Positions 14,440 to 27,186 of a stretch of 64,000 nucleotides of DNA are shown in pieces (positions within the stretch are counted from its first letter, which is position 1; each line of letters begins with the position of its first letter). The stretch covers positions 46,562,001 to 46,626,000 of the forward strand of contig NC_043002.1 in assembly GCF_006345805.1 (NCBI RefSeq). The letters run 5' to 3'. The DNA is from Octopus sinensis (taxonomy: Eukaryota). Made by a program: the position numbers and the translations under genes. The notes beneath the pieces were generated by a model. It worked only from the letters and a program-made list of their open reading frames with translations, was not told where the DNA came from and made no database searches.

Positions 14440-16091
14440 TTCAAAGGAAATCGAATGAAGTGATCTTGACACTGGACACATCTAATACAAGGATCCGTTC
14501 TACATCCGTAAAGAAAAGTTCCACAGAAACTGAACAAATCCGGCTGATGGACGGATTTGTCTGTTTCTCCAGATCTTGCAGATGCTCATCTGACTGTATC
14601 ACCATATCAGAATATCGTATCAAAAAAATGCTAAACCTCAGGATGACTGCAGTTCAGGGACTTTGAGAAACTATCCGTAATCTCATATTTCAAAGCTCTT
14701 CTGAAATAAGTTGTTCAGCGCATCACACTAGGGTGTCCTCACTCTTGATCCTCACCGACTAACATCCATATAAGACAATGTTAGACACTACCGACTGCAC
14801 TCCTTATATAGTAACGGTCTGTGAGCACGTGACAACACTGTAAATACCAATTGCCCATTCTCGGTTTACACTTGATTCAGAAAAGAAGCTCGGCCAGAGA
14901 CGAGCTGTAGAATCATGGTCGACTAAAAACGTCTACAGTATTCACCATGTACAAATCTAGTGAACATCGCAGCCTCCATATATCATCAGTTATGGCATGT
15001 TGATACCCTATGAAGTGGGTGTTTTCAGCTCAACCCACTGATGTATTTCGAGCTCATGTAGGCAGCGACAGCATTGTAATTGACGGGAATTTCGTTAACT
15101 ATCAACGTTTGATTCGTATCTTCCTGTGGTTCGTTTGAAAGCAATAGAAAAGCTACACCTAGGAATCATTACATGAAGACTGGGTTTCTCACATGCATCG
15201 CAAGAAACCACCCAACATTGTTACTAGCTTCATTAGATGTAATATATAGTATCTTATTTTCAAAGTTTGGAGCGGGTCACTCCGATTCCTGAGATGGCGT
15301 TACAATGATGGTGATGTCCGCATGTACATACACTACGTTCATGTCTGAGGTAAGCATGCTCCATAGGGTGAAGGCTAAAACGCACAGAGCTGACAAGGAG
15401 AGCATACATATCTATTTGAGCGCAAGATGCTGAGAGATAGCAATTTACTTGAACAGAGTTCAGTGCTGGTTGAAGTCATCCTACTTCTGAAAACAAAATA
15501 GAAGCCCGCTTCTCTTATAACAGTCTCCAAATATTGATTGATTGCCAACATTATCGAAGACTTACAACTGATGTCTCTTAGCTAGGTCCAGCCGCTCGCC
15601 TCTGTATAGAGTAGCAGATGGATCTTTCTGAAGTTATACAATTTTATATGAGTCTGACGACAAAACAAGAGCCAGTAATATTCTGAAAATTGACCACAAT
15701 TAATCTTTACAAATTGATGACCCGATGGTGAAGTTGAAAATTAATTTATACCCTTTTTAAAAGGAATCGGTAGAATAATGGACAACCAGTTGAATAATCA
15801 GTGGTTCGTATCCTGCATTGTATTCCTGGTTAAAGCAGTTCGTATTTAACGGCTGGGTTGAACTAGCTCTAAGCAGGCGCCGTAGCGGGATATGGGTTCA
15901 CCACTGTAAACAGCGACAGCATTGTAATTGACGGGAATTTCGTTTACTATCAACGTTTGATTCGTATCTTCCTGTGGTTCATTTGAAAGCAGTAGAAAAG
16001 CTACACCTAGGAATCATTACGTGAAGACTGGGTTTCTCACATGCATAGCAAGAAACAACCCAACATTGTTACTAGCTTCATTAGATGTAAT
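14440..16091 (+). pseudogene. Highly decayed non-LTR RT remnant (CR1/L2/Jockey-like)
   Basis: Broken peptides ILTLDTS.., LRNYP..ISKLF, GFRK-like, SYGML and SDSIVIDGNF..SYLPV follow the order of RT motifs; many stops and frameshifts. Confidence 0.3.
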
Positions 16092-16845
16092 TAACTGAGA
16101 AAAAGAAGAAAAAAACAACCAAACAACACAAGCTTAACACCCAGATTGCCACTCGCATTATGCATATCGCTGTACCTAAGTTACCTTCTCTCTCGCAGAT
16201 TATACGAGGATTTCGTTTAAACGCACAGGTACAAACGCACCTGATAAAGTTGATAATCACGTGCTACAGGGATGCAGTAGTAACGGTAAAGTACTAGATT
16301 AAATGCCTTTCAGTTTTTGGTTATATTCCTTTGAGTTCAAATCTAACCACAGTAGTCGTGGCCTTTTGTTTACTTCATTCTCTCTCTGCTCGTTAAAATA
16401 AGCACCAATCGATTCATTGGGCTATACGTCTCCACGACAAATTTGTGGCCTTGTGCCAATGTTTTTTAAAAAAAAATCAATATGCTAGCCTACAAATACA
16501 CATATATAATTCCTTTCGGAATTCAAAGCAGTAGCACAGAGCAGGTTTAATGCATACAGATTACTTATTTAGACTACTGCTACGACTACTGTTGCTACTG
16601 CTATTACTCCTACTATCAATACTACTGCTATCACTACAAGCAGATTCATTGAAGAAAATAGATGTAACCAATTGTTTACCTCCCATCTCGTGGTCCCTCA
16701 GTTATAGTATTTGACTGAGAGGCAATCAGACTGTCGATAATGCTCTTGCTTTTTCAAGAACATTTATAGATATAAATGTAGCGAAATGTGTCCAGCTAAT
16801 AATCGAAACCGGGTTGCAGATTTAATTCACCAGTAGCATACTCCT

Positions 16846-17058
16846 ATTTCTTTACTACCCACAAGGAGCTAAACACAGAGAGGACAAACAAGGATAGGCA
16901 AACGGATTAAGTCGATTATATCGACCCCAGTGCGTAACTGGTACTTATTTAATCGACCCCGAAAGGATGAAAGGCAAAGTCGACCTCGGCGGAATTTGAA
17001 CTCAGAACGTAGCGGCAGACGAAATACGGCGTGCTAACGATTCTGCCTACTAGCCACC
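16846..17058 (-). mobile_element. SINE family A (long, Tx1-like tail) with 20-bp TSD
   Basis: Family A core; ttcaccagtagcatactcct at 16826-16845 and 17059-17078. Confidence 0.85.
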
Positions 17059-18035
17059 TTCACCAGTAGCATACTCCTGCCTACTTAAACCAATAGTATC
17101 AAAGTGTTATTAAGAATAAATTAGGAAAAAAAAAGAAAAGAAAAAAAAAGAGGAGAGAAGAGAGGGTCAGTTGAAGCTAGTTCACATCTTTTTTTACGAA
17201 AGCATGAACATCTCAGAGTCACATTCTACTTCCCTATAAATTTTGTAGCTTTGTTCCCGAAAAAAAAAAGATCAATAAATGCACCTCTTCCACACTGACA
17301 CACGAGCGTCACTTCTTTGCTCAGTTTATATTCAATTCTTTCCCCTACCACTTTGACTTGTAGATCTCTTCTCTCCTCTCTGTAATCGAGTTACTACTCT
17401 ATTTTGGCTAACCATTCAATATTTCGCTTTCCAGCCTTATGTTTTATTGGCATTCTTCTTTTTTCTTTTTTTAATGATTTCATTTCAACGTAGTCTTCCC
17501 CAACCTCAAGTGACTAATATCACTCACGATTTGTGGAAAGTGAAAAGACACAGTATTTACTCTTCCCTCTACATACATAATCTCATATGTGGCTGTCTTG
17601 CAGAATTAACAAATTTTCTCTGATTTCATTTTACAAAACAGAAGCTGCTAATCTTTGAGGAAAACCGTCAATACCTCTTTTATAACAACTTGCTGCGGGA
17701 TAAGAATGATGCTAAATATTGTTTAAAAAAATATTTGCTATTAAAGCTAAATGTTTAAAATATAATAACTTTTACATGCTTACAAGAGAATTTAAAACAT
17801 TTCAGTTTCACTCTTCAGAGGATACTTTTGGCTATCATTTTTGTAAGATGAACACTGACTTGGAAAACTGGGTCACTGCTGTTGCTTAGTTCCAGGTACG
17901 CCTTGATCAATTAGAAACTATGGTCAAAGACATGGCCATCTTGTCTTTTGTGTGTGTGTGCGCGCACACACACTCACTCACACACACACACGCACTCACA
18001 CACACACACACACACACACACATACATATATAATA

Positions 18036-18410
18036 GGCGCAGGAGTGGGTATGTGGTAAGTAGCTTGCTTACCAACCACATGCTTCCAGGTTCAGTCCCA
18101 CAGCTTGGCACCTTGGACAATTGTCTTCTACTATAGTCTCGGGCCAAACAAAGTCCTGTGAGTGGATTTGGTAGAGGGAAACAGAGAGAAGCCCGTCGTA
18201 TATATATATATTTATATGTTTGTGTTTGTCTCCCTCCATCGCTTGACAACCGATGTTGGTGTGTTTGCGTCCCGTAACTTAGCGGTTGGTCCGGCAAAAG
18301 ACCCGATAGAATAAGTACTAGGCTTAGAAAGAATAAATCCTGGGGTGATTTGTTCGACTAAAGGCGGTGCTCCAGCATGGCTGCAGTCAAATGAATGAAA
18401 CAAAAGAGTA
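18036..18410 (+). mobile_element. SINE family B, full length
   Basis: A box-like tgggtatgtgg (18046), B box ggttcagtccc (18089), core ggcaccttggacaattgtctt, A-rich tail. Confidence 0.85.
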
Positions 18411-18478
18411 AAAAAATATGTATGTGTATCTATGTGTGTGTGTGTGCGCCCGCGCGTGTGTGTATACATACATAAATA

Positions 18479-18678
18479 CAGGGTGGCCCAAAAGTAGGTT
18501 TGCAATTATCACGTTGGCACTTTAAATTTCTTTTAAAACATTTTATTACGTTTAAATTTCTATCTAACAAACTCAAAACGGAGCTTCATATTTTTATATG
18601 ATTTAGATCTAAACTGTTAATATATGAAGACGAAAGAGATAGTTGAATAACTGTAAAACCTACTTTTGGGTTACCCTG
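18479..18678. mobile_element. Tc1/mariner-type MITE (200 bp)
   Basis: 23-bp TIRs cagggtggcccaaaagtaggttt / aaacctacttttgggttaccctg (21/23 match); TA on the left flank. Confidence 0.75.
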
Positions 18679-18742
18679 TTTATATATATTTATACATATA
18701 CATGTATATATAGTAATGGGTTAGGATCCAATATACAACATA

Positions 18743-19454
18743 CAGGTGTATTAACATTGTAAGTTACACACTTCGTCCCATTTTGAAATCAAAGAACATT
18801 TCGATGAGCTGACAGTTACCATACAACTCACAGTTTAACAACTAAAGTTGCTAAAAATGCGAATAAAAATCCGAGAAAATAAGAAATGGAACAGGTAAAG
18901 CACGGATTACGATTGTTTCATAGCTAAAACAATGCTTGTGACATAGTGTGTAACATACATAGAACCAGCTTAGCTAATCTTCAGGTCTTATTACCTAGAA
19001 GTTTTTTACATTGTGGCTTAGAAGTTACAGGAACCAATACTGAAGTGTATAGATCAACATGCCTTTTAACATTTACACATACACCTATGACTTCTCACAT
19101 AGGATGCTGATATTGGCACCTGTTCCAAGAGTATATCGATGCCATATATCTTACCATGACGAGTGTCTGTTGGTCTGCTAACTGTAGGGTTCATGGTTCG
19201 TATCAACGATGTTGTAGATGCCTACAGCCAAAACAATCAGCTTTTATACATTTAAGTCTATGGAGATGCATTATAAGAGCTGCGAGGTCAATCTACAGTT
19301 ACTATACGAAAGAGTACGGAAAAGAACAACTGGAGGGCCGCTGCAATAAGTGTATGAACCTGAGAGGGGCATATGTTGAATAAAATCATAATTAACTGAT
19401 GTTCCTGTATTTTCTTTTTACCCAAAGCTAGGAACTTTTCAGCACACCTTCGTA
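18743..19454 (+). mobile_element. Internally deleted mariner remnant
   Basis: C-terminal LEGRCNKCMNLRGAYVE* (ends 19383) resembles the mariner transposase end; 3' end aacttttcagcacaccttcgta is mariner-TIR-like; possible start MEQVKHGLRL at 18886. Left TIR match is poor. Confidence 0.5.
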
Positions 19455-20214
19455 CATAATCCATCTGCTTGAATGACTTATGAATGACTTATGAACGCAG
19501 ACGAAGCTGAGTGGTTAAGAAGTTTACTTCGCAGTATCTTGGGTAATTGTTTTTTTACCATAGCCTTGGATCGAAAAGTAGTTACACTGCCAATCTGAAG
19601 AAGTGTAATCGATTTTACTATTATTAATAAATTTATTATTCATATTCTTAGCGCATGTACTGTTATGCAAATTAGGCAGACTATTTTATCTGTGTGCAGT
19701 TTGCATACACTAAAAATATCTACTAATCTTTCCCAGTTTGTATGCATATATATCACAATAAACATATTATGATAATGTAAAATGTAAGCTAAAGCTTTCT
19801 TAAAAGACACGGAGAGATTAGTAGTTGTCTGTAGTGTGTACACACAGATAAAATGGTCTGCTTAATTTGCATAACAGTACATGTGCTAACGGAATGGATA
19901 ATTTATTTACAACTAATCGTAAAATCGGTTCCACTTCTTCAGACTTACAGTGTAAATACTTTATACTTCACAATGAGACTAAAGTTGTAAGTAAATTTGA
20001 AATACGCTTTCATTCAGAATCTTCCGATGAGTGTAACATGACTTTATCTAATATCTTTAAGAATCCATGTTATTCCACATAGGTACAACACTATGGACCA
20101 TCATTACATAGTTATGGCATAGTCACGCTTCACCCGAAACATCAAATTTCGTTTATTTGTATTCTATGTAAATATGTTCATTAAGCCTACTTGTGTTTAT
20201 CTGTCATTTTACCA

Positions 20215-22270
<2,056 letters not shown>

Positions 22271-22287
22271 ATATATATACATATATA

Positions 22288-22510
22288 TTTGTTTGTTTGT
22301 TGTTTGTTTGTTTGTTTGTTTGTTTGTTTGTTTGTTTGTTTGTTTGTTTGTTTGTTTGTTTGTTTGTATGTATGTATGTATGTATGTATGTATGTATGTA
22401 TGTATGTATGTATGTATGTATGTATGTATGTATGTATGTATGTATGTATGTATGTATGTATGTATGTATGTATGTATGTATGTATGTATGTATGTATGTA
22501 TGTATGTATG
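22288..22510. repeat. Compound (TTTG)n(TATG)n microsatellite
   Basis: Directly visible. Confidence 0.95.
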
Positions 22511-23188
22511 CATCTTTTCAGTGAGAGAGACCATGTTTAGCATGTTTATTGGAATATGGGGGACGCCAATGCACACAAGAGTTCGATTTTCATGGTGACG
22601 ATCATATCTTACCATATTTGCCTGAATTTGATTAGTGCAGTCATTGTCTGAGCTTACATAGCAAACAAATCATGACTCTTCATCATAAATGATTGTCACC
22701 AGTTATTTAAACTGCTGCACTATACTTGTACAGGAATCCTATTGAGATATAATTGTTCAGATCTGTAATCCAAATAAGGATAAGCTGAGAAAACATGAGT
22801 TCAGAGTGAGCATGGTGAAAATCTCAAGTATTTTAAACGAAACATTCGACATTCTAACTACACTGAAGAGACTTGACTATATGAAAATCACAATCTCTGT
22901 GTGGTCACACTCGTCTGTTCTTTCTAGGAGTTATAACCATAAGGCTATTTTAAAAGAAAACCCTCATGAATATTCTAATGTGAAATTTAAAAAAAAAAGG
23001 ATAATTAAACATAAATGTCAATGGTTGTTATTGTCGTTCAGTCGAAACTTGTTGTGAGAAGACATTTCTAAATGTTTGAAGGAAACCTTTCGTTGTGGTA
23101 CAAATTCACTTTTGGCACTTCGATAAAATGAAATTCGTCACCTAAGATTACCATTAACCACAAGTTTCCTTGATTTCCCATGGTTATA

Positions 23189-23585
23189 TCTTTATATATA
23201 AAAGTCAAGTTGTGTGTCTGTCTCCTACGATTTAGATTCCTAACTACTCCCACATTTTGCGGTTCAGTTTAACCAAAACCGGGTATCTTATAGTCGTGAT
23301 TCATATCGAGCCCTTCTGGGTATTAGCGCGCGTCTACGATGAGTCTACGATTAAAAAAAAAATTACCATAATTTTTTTCCATTTTAATGCATTTTTTCGC
23401 TATTATATAAGGGAAGTAACTCTCTAAAAATGTCTACGATGAGTCAACGATTTAAAAAAAAATTTACTATCATTTTTTTTCCATTTTTAATGCATTTTTT
23501 TGCTATTTTTTGGCTATAACTCTCTAAAAATGCTTATATAGTTATTTCCCTTACAAACCCGAGCAACGCCGGGCGATACTGCTAG
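23189..23585 (+). mobile_element. Non-autonomous Helitron
   Basis: A|TC 5' end (tctttatatataaaa), subterminal hairpin cccgagcaacgccggg (23558-23573), CTAG|T 3' end, no TSD. Confidence 0.85.
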
Positions 23586-24489
23586 TCATATATAATCAGC
23601 TATTATTATTTGCAGCAAATATTGTTAGTATTAGTATCAGTAAATTCTTTTCTCTAGATATTCTTCAAATGGATTATCAACTCGAGCAAGATTTGTCAAA
23701 ATTATATTTTGTTATCTCTCAAAACTGAGTTCTTTTAATTCTCCTTTAATTTATTTTCGATTTCGTCTTTCACCCATTTTAATACGACTGCTTCGCTTCC
23801 TTTCCTTCAACAGCCTTCCCGCGTTATTTTCTTTCTCTTCACATTACCATCTTTTTTTTTTTTTTACTCTACATTCGCAACTCCCTCAAGTTGTTTTAAA
23901 AAAACCCTTTCTTTCTCATTAACCCCACTCTCCGCTCTCTTCCGCCTTTTTTTTTGCTTAGTGCCTCCCCCTCCTCCTCCCTATTCCTCTTCTTCTTCTT
24001 CTTCTTCTTCTTCTTCTTCTTCTTCTTCTTCTCTTCTTCTTCTTCTTCTTCTTCTTCTTCTTCTTCTTCTCTCCCTCCCTCCCTCCTTTTCTCTCTTTTT
24101 CTCTCTGTGTCTAATATCTAATTTTCTCACAAAATATTCCAATTTTACCGAATAATTCACTTTCCATTGATAGCGCAATTTACCCCCCGTACACCTACAC
24201 TTCCTCCTCAACAATTTGGTTGCGTCCCCACCTCACATGCACGCGCGTGCACACATTCACGCATAGTCATACATACAAACATTTAGAAGGAGAACTGATG
24301 ATGAGGAAACTGACACCCCCCTTTTTTCCCTCTGTCAATCAGAAATAATTTAAATATTGATTCATGTCTCATTGCATCAGCTACCTCCGCCTCCTCCTCC
24401 TCCTCCTCCAGTATCAATATTAGAATTCAAAACCTTGGCGTCGTCGTCACCGACATCATAATTTTTGAAAATAATGTTACAAACAAAAA

Positions 24490-24525
<36 letters not shown>

Positions 24526-24543
24526 TATTATTATATTATTATT

Positions 24544-25045
24544 GAGTGAGAGAGCAGTGCATGCCATCAAAGTGACACTGGGGTAAAATATACGAAGCCC
24601 AATATACCATCATGACTACCCGTCTGATAAAGGTACACCAGGCACATGCATCACAACCATATGTGCGCGACATGGTGATCTCATATCAAGATAACAGCAC
24701 ATGACCTTGCAGGTGGGGCCCAGTTAGAATTTTCTTCAGGTTGAGTACCCCATCCCGCTCAAAAGGTCCTGAATAAGGGTTGTTTAAGGATGTTGAAAGA
24801 ACCACCCATGTTTCCAGAGGTGAATTATTCAAACCCCAAAGAATCCCTCTTAACACATGGCTATGATGCTCCCCCACTACTTCTGCTCGTGATCAGAGAT
24901 GCACATATCGTCAGCCACTAAGGGACATGCTCAACTGGTTAAGGTCAGACAAATGACAAGCAAATCTGTGGTATTGAGCAGAATATTTGCTGTAGCCCAT
25001 CTTTTATACCAAGACAAATCAATGTACATAATAACACTTCCAATT
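24544..25045 (-). mobile_element. Unclassified ~500-bp (AAT)n-tailed retroposon-like repeat, copy 1
   Basis: Near-identical to 25119-25624 and to the reverse complement of 26709-27168; 3' end followed by (AAT)n. Confidence 0.75.
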
Positions 25046-25118
25046 AGATTAGATCAAAAGTCATGAGAGCCACTGCCTGATACTGCATCAAGGCATCATC
25101 ATCATTATTATTATTATT

Positions 25119-25624
25119 GAGTGAGAGAGCAGAGCATGCCATCAAAGTGACACTGGGGTAAAATATACGAAGCCCAATATACCCATCATGACTACCCGTC
25201 TGATAAAGGTACACCAGGCACATGCATCACAACCATATATGCGCGACATGGTGATCTCATATCAAGATAAACAGCACATGACCTTGCAGGTAGGGCCCAG
25301 TTAGAATTTTCTTCAGGTTGAGTAGCCCATCCCGCTCAAAAGGTCCCTGAATAAGGGTTGTTTAAAGATGTTGAAAGAACCACCCATGTTTCCAGAGGTG
25401 AATTATTCAAACCCCAAAGAATCCCTCTCAACACATGGCTATGATGCTCCCCCACTACTTCTGCTCGTGATCAGAGATGCACATATCGTCAGCCACTAAG
25501 AGACATGCTCAACTGGTTAAGGTCAAACAACTGACAAGCAAATCTGTGGTATTGAGCAGAATATTTGCTGTAGCCCATCTTTTATACCAAGACAAATCAA
25601 TGTACATGATAACACTTCCAATCA
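25119..25624 (-). mobile_element. Unclassified ~500-bp (AAT)n-tailed repeat, copy 2
   Basis: Tandem near-identical copy with (TTA)n on both sides. Confidence 0.75.
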
Positions 25625-25690
<66 letters not shown>

Positions 25691-25693
<3 letters not shown>

Positions 25694-26571
25694 CATTTGG
25701 TAGTTTCAGGCAAATTTCTAATGTATCTCCTGCTACACCTCCGTGTTGCTGGGGTGTGTACAGCATTGTGTGTTCATTTTTTGTTGTTGAGGGAATGCAA
25801 ACTCTTCACCGTATTGTATTGCATCAGTTTGTTTTGTTATGGGTTCTGGCTGCAGTCTTTTGTTGTATTAATGTTTGTATTGAGTGCTGTGTGTCTAATG
25901 CGAGTTGTGTTTTTCTGTTGGGTATCCGGTCTGTTGGTGACAGCTTATTTTATTGGATAATTTCTATAAAGAATGTATCTTGTGTACGTGGATTGTTTTG
26001 TTTGGGTTGTATTATTGAATTGATAGTGTCTTGCGTAGGATGTGAGCTGTTCCTAGCAGGGCTATTCTTTGGATAGTATGTAATGTTGAGGATCCAGATA
26101 TAGTTTCTACGTTTGTGTTCATATGTTTTTTTTTATCATTCCCAATGTTCTGCTTATTACTGGTATTGTTTTCACCTTCAGGTTCCACATCTTGAGTACT
26201 TCAATTTCGATGTTTTTGTACTTTGACAATTTCTCCAATTCTTTTTGGGCAATATTTTGTTGAGAAGGGACAGCAATGTCTATCTGTAAACAGGTGTTTT
26301 TTTCTTCCAGTCTTTGATTATCATGTCTGGGCGATTACCTTTTATTTCTTTGTCAGTTTGAACAGGCATATCTCAGATGATTGTGGTCTGGTCGTTGTCA
26401 TGTACCTTGTTTAGCTCATGTTTGCACCATTTCTGGTCAGTTTTTATGTTGCAATGTTGGCATATTGTCCAGTATATATCACATAGTTACTTACTCTGTC
26501 ATGTCTGTGTACATATATGTAGGTTTCGCAAGGACTGAACAGCCAGAGATGATGTGGTCAACTGTCTCAGT
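25691..26571 (-). mobile_element. 5'-truncated R4/Dong-like RLE LINE (Zn-knuckle end, PD-(D/E)xK endonuclease, 3'UTR)
   Basis: Minus-strand peptides ETVDHIISGCSVLAK, DMPVQTDKEIKGNRPDMIIKD, IDIAVPSQQNIAQKELEKLSKYKNIEIEVLKMW, QRIALLGTAHILRKTL; ends in (AAT)n. Confidence 0.85.
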
Positions 26572-26638
26572 ATAATAATAATAATAATAATAATATAATA
26601 ATAATAATAATAATATTAATAATAATAATAATAATAAT

Positions 26639-26691
<53 letters not shown>

Positions 26692-26708
26692 TATTAATAA
26701 TAATAATA

Positions 26709-27168
26709 ATGGGCTACAGCAAATATTCTGCTCAATACCACAGATTTGCTTGTCAGTTGTTTGACCGTAACAATTTGACCATGTCCCTTAGTGGCTGACG
26801 ATATTTGCATCTCTGATCATGGGCAGAAGTAGTGGGGGAGCATCATAGCCATGTGTTGAGAGGGATTCTTTGGGGTTTGAATAATTCACCTCTGGAAACA
26901 TGGGTGTTTTGTTCAACATCCTTAAACAACCCTTATTCAGGGACCTTTTGAGCGGGATGGGCTACTCGACCAGAAGAAAATTCTAACTGGGCCCCACCTG
27001 CAAGGTCATGTACTGTTTATCTTGATATGAGATTACCATGTCGCGCACATATGGTTGTGATGCATGTGCCTGGTGTACCCTTATCAGACGGGTAGTCATG
27101 ATGGGTATATTGGGCTTCGTATATTTTACCCCAGTGTCACTTTGATGGCATGCACTGCTCTCTCACTC
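26709..27168 (+). mobile_element. Unclassified ~500-bp (AAT)n-tailed repeat, copy 3 (opposite orientation)
   Basis: Reverse complement of copies 1 and 2, with (AAT)n on both flanks. Confidence 0.75.
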
Positions 27169-27186
27169 AATAATAATAATAATAAT

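Noticed and set aside
24544-27168. Repeated units separated by short tracts, considered as a CRISPR-like array
   Set aside because: Units are ~500 bp, spacers are microsatellites, the DNA is eukaryotic, and no cas genes are present.
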